Source: Oligoflexia bacterium (GTDB taxonomy: Bacteria; Bdellovibrionota; UBA1018). Taken from it: a stretch of 64,000 bases of DNA. The notes below the pieces were generated by a model. The model worked only from the letters and a program-made list of their open reading frames with translations, was not told the DNA's origin and did not search any database. Positions 20,701 through 28,452 of this stretch are shown here, in pieces. The stretch covers positions 1,088,001 through 1,152,000 of the forward strand of contig CAVWVI010000003.1 in the NCBI GenBank assembly GCA_963758495.1. The letters are read 5' to 3'. How positions within the stretch are numbered: the stretch's first letter is position 1; every line of letters starts with the position of its first letter. Made by a program: the position numbers and the translations under genes.

Positions 20701-21511
20701 GCCTGGTTGCTTAGATCGCCCTCTCGTGCTTTCAGAAAACCCGTCAGAAAATCCGCTAGGAAATCCAGAGACCGCCCGAGAAGGGGCTCAAAATGGAGCC
20801 CAAAATGCAGAAAACACCCCAGTTCCCATTCCTACTGTGGAACTCTCTCCAGAAGAAGAATTAGCACTCGGAGAGGAAGTCGAGCGCCTCAGAGAAAGAA
20901 TGCGCCGATTAGGTGAAGTCAATGTCATGGCTATTGAAGAGTATGAACAGCTTAAAAAGCGCTTTGATCATCTTCTGACTGAAAAACTAGACCTGGAACA
21001 CTCCTTAGAAAATCTTCAGGACGCAATTGAGCATATTAATAAAACGTCTGAAGAAAGATTCAGGAAGGCATTCGAGGCGATCGCCGATCGTTTCGAAAGA
21101 CTCTTTCCTATTATTTTCGGTGGGGGTTCGGCAAAACTTTCACTCCTCTACCCAGAAGGGTCTTCAGATATTCTTGAAGCGGGTGTCGACATTTTAGCCC
21201 AACCTCCCGGAAAGAAAGTTTCAAATATCACCCTTTTATCCGGCGGAGAAAAAGCCCTCACCGCGGTGTCCTTGATATTTGCCATTTTCATGGTGAAGCC
21301 ATCTCCGTTTTGCGTTTTAGATGAAGTGGATGCTCCTCTTGACGATGCAAACATTGGCAAGTTCAATGCGCTACTCAAAGAGATGTCCGTCAAAAGCCAA
21401 TTTATCTTAATTACTCACAATAAGAGAACGATGGAACTCAATGACACTCTTTATGGCGTAACCATGGAAGAACCAGGTGTCTCTAAAATGATTTCGATAG
21501 AAATGCACTAA
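17756..21511 (+). CDS. smc: Chromosome segregation protein SMC
   Basis: MRVKRLEIQGFKSF, GPNGCGKSN, long coiled coils with hinge, LSGGEK, FCVLDEVDAPLD, ITH. Confidence 0.95.
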   Translation: MRVKRLEIQGFKSFKDKTVIHFDHSITGIVGPNGCGKSNIVDAFFWVMGEQSYKHMRGTHSEDLIFNGSSKYSPLGMAEATLVMETESMDTTQAAINPSDQDVPIHLKSKEVAVTRRLYRSGEGEYFINGTLSRLKDIQELFMDTGVGAKGYSVIEQGQIGKIVNAKPEDRRLLIEEAAGIAKYKARKKESLRKMEATQTNLSRLTDIIQEIEKNLASLERQAQKARLYKKYKEELLGKEMTWGRRKRQVFHEKLDSLRKQKEVLEHELAAMRAELQTAENSIEVDRIDLVTETKEAEDLQLEIQDLAGQLSEERSALDLSRRRQGDLNSQLKALEEEKTELQTAITTNLTRLAESEEQAQEADRLFQSAATEAQQKNTALNHLRKETEGERSQLDSTQRELMTGMNQISSLTSKAAALLSKAESASSQAERLTHQESAQEGKLMTIREELETLITNTEDVKSKRDILQTERKEQSSKIQEEDQALRQMEKEKDQSLRSLTQIKSKLQSLEELDESHEGLADGPKAALDWVKAQGKSQDLTPLTDTLNVQNGYEAVLESWLESKIENLITANPALALPLLEQIRSDKQGRVSIQYISKILNDGTSKTQTTSLKKISLQLEKHGFKVLGELSDFVSSTTEHSTYLSQLISEVCVVESSTPMTAFIESGEHHGLSGWAIVSMDGVALESNGLMRGGSLDASGAIGILRRKRAIEELKEQVTEAESQHQKLEDAVFNAKKDIELSRARLQTLQTDLQTLEIQAAALNRDVHQTERALQEAQAHLHSLERDLTEMHHEVERAQSDRENIELELKDLISNKSELEDSISTAEKALLEKETILRAQDGELQTLRVKEASLRERSISLKREHEATRSLISDRQRRIAEVTRTLERASREQAEFSGGESELSQNIEELTLALASAREKLAAVKDEIEQANAKVNSTLEKIKKLHKTGELKTTESTQVALELEKLSGELSHLILNLEEKYGPGCLDRPLVLSENPSENPLGNPETAREGAQNGAQNAENTPVPIPTVELSPEEELALGEEVERLRERMRRLGEVNVMAIEEYEQLKKRFDHLLTEKLDLEHSLENLQDAIEHINKTSEERFRKAFEAIADRFERLFPIIFGGGSAKLSLLYPEGSSDILEAGVDILAQPPGKKVSNITLLSGGEKALTAVSLIFAIFMVKPSPFCVLDEVDAPLDDANIGKFNALLKEMSVKSQFILITHNKRTMELNDTLYGVTMEEPGVSKMISIEMH

Positions 21512-21538
21512 CCAGCGCAGCTAGTCAGGAGTCCTGTT

Positions 21539-22192
21539 TTGTATAAGAACTTTTTTTTAATTTTTATACTTCTTCAATTATACTCTTTCGCTCCACTCTA
21601 TGCGCTCCCCCCCAACCCACTCCCTAAACTATTACAGGAGGTGGAAGCAAAATATAAAAAATCAAACACCGTATCTGCAGATTTTGAGCAGCTCAATCAA
21701 GACGTTGCAATGTCTCATGTAAAAAAAAGTAGCGGAAAAATATTTGTTAAAAGACCCTCTAAGTTTCGCTGGGAAACACTCAAACCCGATCAAAGTCTAC
21801 TCATCAGTGATGGAAGTCGATATTGGTTCTACACCCCACCCTTTGACGAAGGGGAACGAGGACAAGTCATCGAGAAAGATTCTTCCCAAGTTCAATCCAA
21901 ATTAGCCAATGCACTCCTGTCGGGATCGTTTTCGGTGACTCGAAATATGACTATGAAGCAAAAGGGTCCCTCAACCTTTCTCCTGATTCCCAAACAGGGA
22001 AGCGCAGGTACGGTCACTCAGGCCACCCTTGAAGTGGATCCAAATCTGAAATTAATTCAAAAAGTTACTTTAGAACATAAGGGAGGCAATCGCTCGGAGA
22101 TCTCTCTTTCTAAGATCGTACTTGGGCAAAAACTGGATGACAGCCTCTTCGTTTTTCAAATTCCCCCAAATACCGATCAAATTACAGAGTGA
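21539..22192 (+). CDS. lolA: Outer-membrane lipoprotein carrier protein LolA
   Basis: Signal peptide, SADFEQ, GKIFVKRPSKFRWE, ISDG..YWFY, FVFQIPPNTD. AGGAG RBS before the TTG start. Confidence 0.85.
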   Translation: MYKNFFLIFILLQLYSFAPLYALPPNPLPKLLQEVEAKYKKSNTVSADFEQLNQDVAMSHVKKSSGKIFVKRPSKFRWETLKPDQSLLISDGSRYWFYTPPFDEGERGQVIEKDSSQVQSKLANALLSGSFSVTRNMTMKQKGPSTFLLIPKQGSAGTVTQATLEVDPNLKLIQKVTLEHKGGNRSEISLSKIVLGQKLDDSLFVFQIPPNTDQITE

Positions 22193-22194
22193 AA
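22077..22194 (+). repeat. 118-bp direct repeat, copy 1 (3' end of lolA)
   Basis: Identical by eye to 24599-24716 (ATAAGGGAGGCAATCG...ACAGAGTGAAA). Confidence 0.95.
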
Positions 22195-22225
22195 AATTCT
22201 ATATGGGTAGCCGTCCCAAGCAGTG

Positions 22226-22933
22226 TTAAAATGGATTGAAATCACCACTCCACGAAACGAATTCTTGCATATCTCGAAAATAACATAACTTCGGTAGGTC
22301 CAAAACGATAGGCTTACTATTTGACCGCCATACTTCATTTACGATTTTTAGGAGTTGTGTCGTAATCTGATCCCTGACTTCTTGAGTCATGTCCTTATAT
22401 AAATATCCCAAAGTGATATGAAACGGTACGGGTACATCTTTCTCGTGGGAAAATTCCTTGGCCAAAGAGTAAACTTTACTCGTCTCTTGAGCATCTAAAT
22501 GGACCGCTAGCTTAATAGTCCCTGAGACAGTTGGTTTATCGAGAGTCACATGGGGGTAAAACGCTTGAGCCTGAAGCCTTTTATTAAGATATTGAAATAA
22601 TGGTAATTGATTTGTTACAAATTCCTTCCAATTTTCTGGCTTATTCCCTTTTTCAGTAAATAAATTCATAGTTGTCATGTGATAGCTACTCACAGGTAAT
22701 AATGCATAGTATTGCTTTATTAATAAATTTTGATTGAGTTCATCATATATTTTTTGCAACATTTCTTTGTTTGAGTTTCCAACAGCAGCTACTACGGTCA
22801 CTCCAAGAAACGGATTATACTGACCTACAGGATTAACCTTAGCAGTATCAGGATAAATGCCAGAGTCCTGAGCAAAACCCAAACTCAAAAAAAATATTAT
22901 TCCAAGTTGGAGAGCCATAATCTTTCTCATCAT
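22226..22933 (-). CDS. Exported 2H-phosphoesterase (DUF1868-like) protein
   Basis: Two HxT motifs (SYHMTTMNL, FHITLGY) and an N-terminal signal peptide (...FFLSLGFA-QD). Start probably at ATG 22933 or 22930. Confidence 0.7.
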   Translation of the reverse strand: MMRKIMALQLGIIFFLSLGFAQDSGIYPDTAKVNPVGQYNPFLGVTVVAAVGNSNKEMLQKIYDELNQNLLIKQYYALLPVSSYHMTTMNLFTEKGNKPENWKEFVTNQLPLFQYLNKRLQAQAFYPHVTLDKPTVSGTIKLAVHLDAQETSKVYSLAKEFSHEKDVPVPFHITLGYLYKDMTQEVRDQITTQLLKIVNEVWRSNSKPIVLDLPKLCYFRDMQEFVSWSGDFNPF

Positions 22934-23012
22934 GGCTAAGATCGTATTAAGTAATGAACTAAAATGCAATATTCAAGTTCCGACATTTGACATTTCAAAA
23001 ACTACAACGAGG

Positions 23013-24449
23013 TCACAAACAATCACTCTTAAGGTAATTTAGTAATTCTTCTTTTGATTTTTCTCGTGCATTTTGGAAGTCATGATTATGAATCATACTG
23101 AAAAAGCTATCATAATAAAGGCCAAATTTACCATCCTCTTGCTCAGCTCCAGTGACAGCCAGATCTTCAGTAACGTCTATTAGATTTTGTACGGTGGTCG
23201 TCGAGAAATTATTTCGAATTACTTTATCATTCATTATCTTAGATAAATATAACGCATTCAACTTGAAGGCACTTAAAACCTCTTGAAGTGCATGGCCACC
23301 ATCAGCACACAAGCCAGCCCATATCGACAACAACAACAGACGCACTTCATCTTCACTTAAATCAACTTTTGATTTTAATACTACCCACAGGGCAAGCGTT
23401 GAGCTTCCAGAGATACCACATGCTAACGGAATGTTAAGTCGAGTCACATTTCGATTATAAATTGAGCTGTTTGGATCTACCAAGCATGTATCCCTAGCCC
23501 AGTGCTTCCAAGGAATAGCTCCAGGTAATTCTAAAATTGGAACATCAAATTTTACAATTCCATAGTGACTTCTAGGTATACCAGTATAATTATCTCTCCT
23601 GGATCCTCTTTCAACTGTTAATTTTTTATTGTAAAAATCATCTCGATATCTCTTAATCTCTTCCCCAATACCTCTAGCATCATATTCTTTGGCATTATAT
23701 AAGAGGTAGTCCAAGGCTAAAATAGTATTATGCCCGCTCCACAACTCATCTAATTTGTTATGTAAATAATGTTTTTGAGTTACAGGCAAGACACGGCTAT
23801 CATCGTTATCTTTCCCCCACGCTACAAAACTGCCATGAAGTCGTGAGTCACTTCTCATGCTTGTGAGCACCTTTTGATATATATTGTAGATAGCCCTACT
23901 TAAATCCTGATTGGTGACTATATTCTTTGCTAACAATGACTCATAAATACTATTTATACTTAAGTCATTACATTTCTGACTACCTAACCCTAAACTTGAT
24001 TGCTTTAAATGATCACTAGAGACTCGACTAGAAGAATAACTATTCGAAGCATTTCCACTATAACTATAGAAATCATTACTCAAATCATCTCCACTGTAAC
24101 TATAGAAATCATTACTCGAGCCATCCTCACCATAACCACTGGAATCATTATTTGAAGCGCCTCTCGCATGGCTTGAACTGAATGGAACTTGATGGTTTTC
24201 AATTGATATAAAGAATAGTTCTTTCTGCCTCGTACTAGAATTAATAATTTTATTAAATTCAATATACTTATACAAAATACTATTAGTTACATCCTTACGG
24301 TGAAAATCTTCTCTATTATCTGAGTTCTGAGCAGTTGTAGTATTTGATTTGTGGAACGCGTTATCGATAGTATGCTTTGCGCCATTTTCTGTACACGCTA
24401 GTGGCATGATAGAAAATGCCACTACAACTAAAGCCAACTCTCTTTTCAT
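23013..24449 (-). CDS. Hypothetical lipoprotein with Ser-rich repeat linker and effector-like C-terminal domain
   Basis: Lipobox ...MPLA-C, SNDFYSYSG repeats, C-terminal CGISGSS and DGGHALQEV motifs. Confidence 0.65.
   Translation of the reverse strand: MKRELALVVVAFSIMPLACTENGAKHTIDNAFHKSNTTTAQNSDNREDFHRKDVTNSILYKYIEFNKIINSSTRQKELFFISIENHQVPFSSSHARGASNNDSSGYGEDGSSNDFYSYSGDDLSNDFYSYSGNASNSYSSSRVSSDHLKQSSLGLGSQKCNDLSINSIYESLLAKNIVTNQDLSRAIYNIYQKVLTSMRSDSRLHGSFVAWGKDNDDSRVLPVTQKHYLHNKLDELWSGHNTILALDYLLYNAKEYDARGIGEEIKRYRDDFYNKKLTVERGSRRDNYTGIPRSHYGIVKFDVPILELPGAIPWKHWARDTCLVDPNSSIYNRNVTRLNIPLACGISGSSTLALWVVLKSKVDLSEDEVRLLLLSIWAGLCADGGHALQEVLSAFKLNALYLSKIMNDKVIRNNFSTTTVQNLIDVTEDLAVTGAEQEDGKFGLYYDSFFSMIHNHDFQNAREKSKEELLNYLKSDCL
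24055..24162. repeat. 36-bp tandem repeat (2 near-perfect units, 1 degenerate) in the lipoprotein gene
   Basis: CCACTATAACTATAGAAATCATTACTC at 24055 recurs with one change at 24091; degenerate unit at 24127. Confidence 0.85.
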
Positions 24450-24598
24450 AATAAATACAATACCACTTTATTCATATTGTTAGTATAGAATATCATTTTA
24501 CATTATTATAAATGATACATCTCTCTACTCAGCGACTATGTTTATTTCTAATATTTCCCATAGCATTAATAATGCAGATAGTCATTAAATTAAGAAAT

Positions 24599-24716
24599 AT
24601 AAGGGAGGCAATCGCTCGGAGATCTCTCTTTCTAAGATCGTACTTGGGCAAAAACTGGATGACAGCCTCTTCGTTTTTCAAATTCCCCCAAATACCGATC
24701 AAATTACAGAGTGAAA
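24599..24716 (+). repeat. 118-bp direct repeat, copy 2 (orphan lolA 3' end)
   Basis: Identical to 22077-22194, offset 2522 bp. Confidence 0.95.
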
Positions 24717-24876
24717 GTACGCAAGCAACCTGCCTGCACTCATAGCTGCAAAGCCATATCTAGAACGGCTTTAGGCCAATCTAAGTCTATAATCTGAGTC
24801 TCCAAAAGGCTTCATAATTAGGTTGCACTTAACTGACTATTTCTGTATACATTAGCTCTTTGAAAAGAGGAGTCAT

Positions 24877-25374
24877 ATGCCATCGTTTGATGTTTCTGCT
24901 GAAATGAACTGGCAAGAAATGGATAATGCCATTCATCAGGCCACTAAAGAAATTACCCAACGCTTTGATTTTAAAGGAATTAAATCTGAAATCAAGCTCG
25001 ACCAAAAGGAAAAAACGGTCACTCTTTGGTGCAGTGAAGAGGGAAAACTTGAAGCTCTCAATGATGTTTTTCAAAACAAGTTGATTAAACGAGGAATCTC
25101 CCTCCTGACTCTAGATTATCAAACTATTGAATCTGCCTTTGGAGGTAGTGTAAGACAGGTCATTATTATCCAAGCTGGAGTTTCTAAAGAAAAGGGTAAG
25201 GAGATTATTGCTGCTCTCAAAGAAAGCAAGCTCAAGGTTCAAGCCCAAATTCAAGACGAGCAGGTCAGAGTCACTGGAAAAAATCGAGATGACCTCCAAG
25301 CCGCAATTGCTCACTTGAAAACTCAGCAGGATAAAATCAAAGTCCCGATGCAGTTCGGAAACTTCAGAGACTAG
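24877..25374 (+). CDS. yajQ: YajQ family nucleotide/c-di-GMP-binding protein
   Basis: MPSFDVS, RFDFKG, KVQAQIQDEQVRVTGK.RDDLQ, NFRD. GAGGAG RBS. Confidence 0.95.
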   Translation: MPSFDVSAEMNWQEMDNAIHQATKEITQRFDFKGIKSEIKLDQKEKTVTLWCSEEGKLEALNDVFQNKLIKRGISLLTLDYQTIESAFGGSVRQVIIIQAGVSKEKGKEIIAALKESKLKVQAQIQDEQVRVTGKNRDDLQAAIAHLKTQQDKIKVPMQFGNFRD

Positions 25375-25405
25375 TATTCTAGGATTAGGATTATAGGATT
25401 AAATC

Positions 25406-26929
25406 ATGAATTCTCAAACCGTTGCCCCTCCATCCACTCAACTTACAAACACCGATAAAGCTCCGGTGTATTTCGTCAGCTTAGGTTGTCCCAAGAACCT
25501 AGTTGATTCTCAAGTCATGTTGGGGCTTTTAGAAAAAGAGCGATATTCAATCACTGACACGGCAGAAAATGCTGAGGTCATTATTGTAAATACCTGCTCC
25601 TTTATTCAAGCATCTAAAGAAGAATCCATTGAAACCATTCTCGAAATGGCTCAACTCAAACAAAGTGCGAAGTGTAAGGTTCTCGTCGCCTCCGGTTGCC
25701 TTTCTCAGCGATATTCTAAAGACCTCGAAAAAGAAATGCCCGAAGTCGATTTGTTTATTGGCACGGGCCAATACCATCGCATTACGGAGCTTCTTGCAGA
25801 GCATGGAAAAGCATTAGAACTAGGGGCTTCTCTTCCAAAACGTTCTTATATTGATCAACCCGCATTTATTCATACGGAAACAGACCCTCGCATTCATACA
25901 GGTCCTCGCTATTCCGCTTACTTAAAACTCTCAGAAGGCTGTAATCGTAGATGCGCTTTTTGCATTATCCCCACTTTACGCGGGAATGTTCGATCTCGCA
26001 CGGTCGCTTCATTGATTACTGAAGCTCGCCAGATGGCTTCCCAAGGAGTCCGAGAACTGAATCTTGTTGCACAAGATTTAACGGAATATGGGATGGAGTG
26101 GAAATACAAAGAAAACCTAGAAACGTTACTTCCCGAGCTCTGCAAAGTAGAGGGCATTGATTGGATTCGCTTACATTATATTTATCCAGATCAGTTCTCA
26201 GATGAATTGGTTGCTATTATTGCAAATCAACCCAAGATCGTAAAATACTTAGACATGCCGATCCAACATACAAATGATCGCGTCTTGAAATCGATGAATC
26301 GTCGTCTGACCAAAGCGAAGCTTTTTGATTTGGTCGCCAAACTCAGAGATCAAATCCCTGGAATCGTATTTAGAACATCCATTATCGTAGGGTTCCCAGG
26401 CGAGACTGAAGAAGAATTTCAAGAGCTTTGTCAGGACTTAGAAACTCTCAACCTGGATCATGTGGGCGTCTTTAGATACTCTAAAGAAGAAGGCACCAAA
26501 GCTGCGACCATGCCCGGACAACTGCATCCGGCAACTAAACGCCGTCGAGCAAAAACCCTCATTGATCTTTTACAGCGTCAATCTTTAGAAAATCATCAGA
26601 AATACATAGGAAAAACAGTAACTGTTCTTGTTGAAGGCCCTAGCGAAGACACTGATTTACTGATCCAGGGACGAATGACCACTCAAGCCCAAGAGATTGA
26701 TGGCCACGTCTTAATTAATGACTTAGGAATGTTGGCTGACTCTGAAGAACTTGCGCCTGGTGACTTAATTGAAGTCGAGATCACCGAAGCATTGCCTCAT
26801 GATCTCCTCGGCCGCGCCATCTCTTTGATTTCCAGAAGCCGAGTTGCTCAGGGATTGAAAGTAGATCTTGCCACAAGTGCAACCGAATGGCGTGGAAACG
26901 CCGCTGTCGCGAAAGGAGCGGTGAGTTAA
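25406..26929 (+). CDS. rimO: Ribosomal protein S12 methylthiotransferase RimO
   Basis: SLGCPKNLVDS, NTCSFI, radical SAM CNRRCAFC, TRAM domain. Confidence 0.95.
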   Translation: MNSQTVAPPSTQLTNTDKAPVYFVSLGCPKNLVDSQVMLGLLEKERYSITDTAENAEVIIVNTCSFIQASKEESIETILEMAQLKQSAKCKVLVASGCLSQRYSKDLEKEMPEVDLFIGTGQYHRITELLAEHGKALELGASLPKRSYIDQPAFIHTETDPRIHTGPRYSAYLKLSEGCNRRCAFCIIPTLRGNVRSRTVASLITEARQMASQGVRELNLVAQDLTEYGMEWKYKENLETLLPELCKVEGIDWIRLHYIYPDQFSDELVAIIANQPKIVKYLDMPIQHTNDRVLKSMNRRLTKAKLFDLVAKLRDQIPGIVFRTSIIVGFPGETEEEFQELCQDLETLNLDHVGVFRYSKEEGTKAATMPGQLHPATKRRRAKTLIDLLQRQSLENHQKYIGKTVTVLVEGPSEDTDLLIQGRMTTQAQEIDGHVLINDLGMLADSEELAPGDLIEVEITEALPHDLLGRAISLISRSRVAQGLKVDLATSATEWRGNAAVAKGAVS

Positions 26930-27258
26930 TGAGCTCTTCTCATCCAGAATGGATCATCACCCCAACTGAACTCAAAGCTTGTATTTATACTGTTACTCTA
27001 GTGGATGTTCGTGAGCGTGAAGAACATGTTATTTCCCATATTGCAGGATGTAAATTGATCCCTCTTGGAGAATTGCAAGCTCGTGCTTTACAAGAATTGA
27101 AGGTAGATGAACAAATCGTCGTCTATTGTGCACATGGAGTTCGTAGCCTCCATGGCCTTTTGGCTCTTCGGCAATTAGGCTTTCAGAATTTAAAATCCCT
27201 CGAAGGCGGAATTGCTGCGTGGGAAGAGCAGAATGGACCTATACTCACTTCTAGCTGA
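26929..27258 (+). CDS. Rhodanese-like domain protein
   Basis: LVDVRE..E....HI.G, VYCAHGVRS, LEGGIAAW. ATG overlaps the rimO stop (TAATG). Confidence 0.9.
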   Translation: MSSSHPEWIITPTELKACIYTVTLVDVREREEHVISHIAGCKLIPLGELQARALQELKVDEQIVVYCAHGVRSLHGLLALRQLGFQNLKSLEGGIAAWEEQNGPILTSS

Positions 27259-27374
27259 GTGCGCCCAGGAAGAGCGGCTGCTTTAACAGGTTTTTAAAAA
27301 TGCTTAAAGTGCGAATTGATTGGGCGGAAGTCGTGGACTTTAGCGGCTGAACTACGCTGTTTTGGTAGTTCTAG

Positions 27375-27621
27375 AATAAGTTCTCTATTCTCTATGATCA
27401 GAATTTTTTACGTAATTTTTCTAAGAATACCTGGCCAGTGGCTCTTGAACGCTGGGTTATTCACAATGTGCCAAATATTTTTGAAAATACAATTAATTTA
27501 ATTAACTGGCATCTTTCTTGGATACGCGCTTCTTACGTGCTTGTGCCCGGTAATGACCGCACGATAACTAAATAACAGTAGTTTAAATACCTTAGACTTA
27601 TCTAATAACACTATTGACTAA
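27375..27621 (+). pseudogene. Possible remnant of a leucine-rich-repeat protein gene
   Basis: Startless open frame 27375-27575, then in another frame LNNSSLNTLDLSNNTID* (27568-27621), matching LxxLxLxxNxI. Confidence 0.35.
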
Positions 27622-27707
27622 TTCTATACACTACTATATTACTATATAACTTATTTATTAAATAATTTAGATATTAATTTATAAAGAAAAGCAAATGGGA
27701 CAAGCTT

Positions 27708-28352
27708 ATGAAGCGAAATATAAACAAAATAATACTAAATTTAGCTTTTTTATTTGCGGCATTAGGGCTCAATCAGGCTCACGCTTATGCAAATGACAGC
27801 TATCCAGGCGAAATCCGACAGTCTATTTTATCCGAAGAACAATTTCGGAACACATATGGCGAGGGATGGATTCTCATGGATGGTCGTAATATAGAAAATT
27901 CTGACTTAGCAAGAACGTACGGATTGACAAACGTTCCAGACGCCCGAGGAGTTTTTCTGAGGGGAAAAAATCATAATAGAGATGATGGAAAGGGAGATCC
28001 CCATGGCGATCAAACCTGTGGGACTTACCAGGAAGACCAGTTAAAAAGTCATAAGCACACCGACAAAGGGCATTCACATGGCTTTGATTTAAATTTCTTC
28101 ACTAGTAATAATGTAGGAGGAGCACAACCCGCAAGAGGTGGAGGACACCATCACGAAGGTGAAAGTGTTGTTGGAAATATTAAGACAGGTCAAGCAGATA
28201 TCGAACCCACAGGAGGTTCAGAAACACGCCCTCGGTGCATTGTCGTCAATACCTTTATTAAAATTAATTTAACAAAGGACACACAATTAGCCAACCTACG
28301 TGAGCGCCTTTTTGCTTTAGAAACATCACTCAATACTTTAATGACACAATAA
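27708..28352 (+). CDS. Secreted phage tail-collar/short tail-fibre-tip-like protein
   Basis: Sec signal (...AHAYA-ND), GWILMDG, VPDARGVFLRG, GTYQEDQLKSHKH, HSH, GGSETRP, plus a C-terminal coiled coil. Confidence 0.8.
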   Translation: MKRNINKIILNLAFLFAALGLNQAHAYANDSYPGEIRQSILSEEQFRNTYGEGWILMDGRNIENSDLARTYGLTNVPDARGVFLRGKNHNRDDGKGDPHGDQTCGTYQEDQLKSHKHTDKGHSHGFDLNFFTSNNVGGAQPARGGGHHHEGESVVGNIKTGQADIEPTGGSETRPRCIVVNTFIKINLTKDTQLANLRERLFALETSLNTLMTQ

Positions 28353-28360
28353 TCCCTTTT

Positions 28361-28410
28361 CTCACGATCTAAGAATTTCTGAGTAACTTCATGAAGTTTT
28401 AGATCGTGAG
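28361..28410 (+). other. Intergenic stem-loop between the tail-collar gene and the large secreted protein gene
   Basis: CTCACGATCTAA/TTAGATCGTGAG 12-bp perfect arms, extendable; no U-tract. Confidence 0.7.
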
Positions 28411-28452
28411 GAAATATTTAAGCTAAATTAAAATATTTATTTGGAACATTTT

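Larger units (their letters stand above)
22195..24598. mobile_element. Small AT-rich genomic islet between att-like direct repeats; no recombinase
   Basis: Flanked by 118-bp direct repeats, visibly more AT-rich than the flanks, and carries two exported-protein genes. Confidence 0.7.

Noticed and set aside
24055..24162. 36-bp repeats as a CRISPR array
   Set aside because: The units are contiguous, in frame within a CDS, have no unique spacers, and no cas genes are present.
24512..24745. 77-aa ORF at the islet's right end
   Set aside because: It is an out-of-frame reading of the duplicated lolA tail plus AT-rich DNA.
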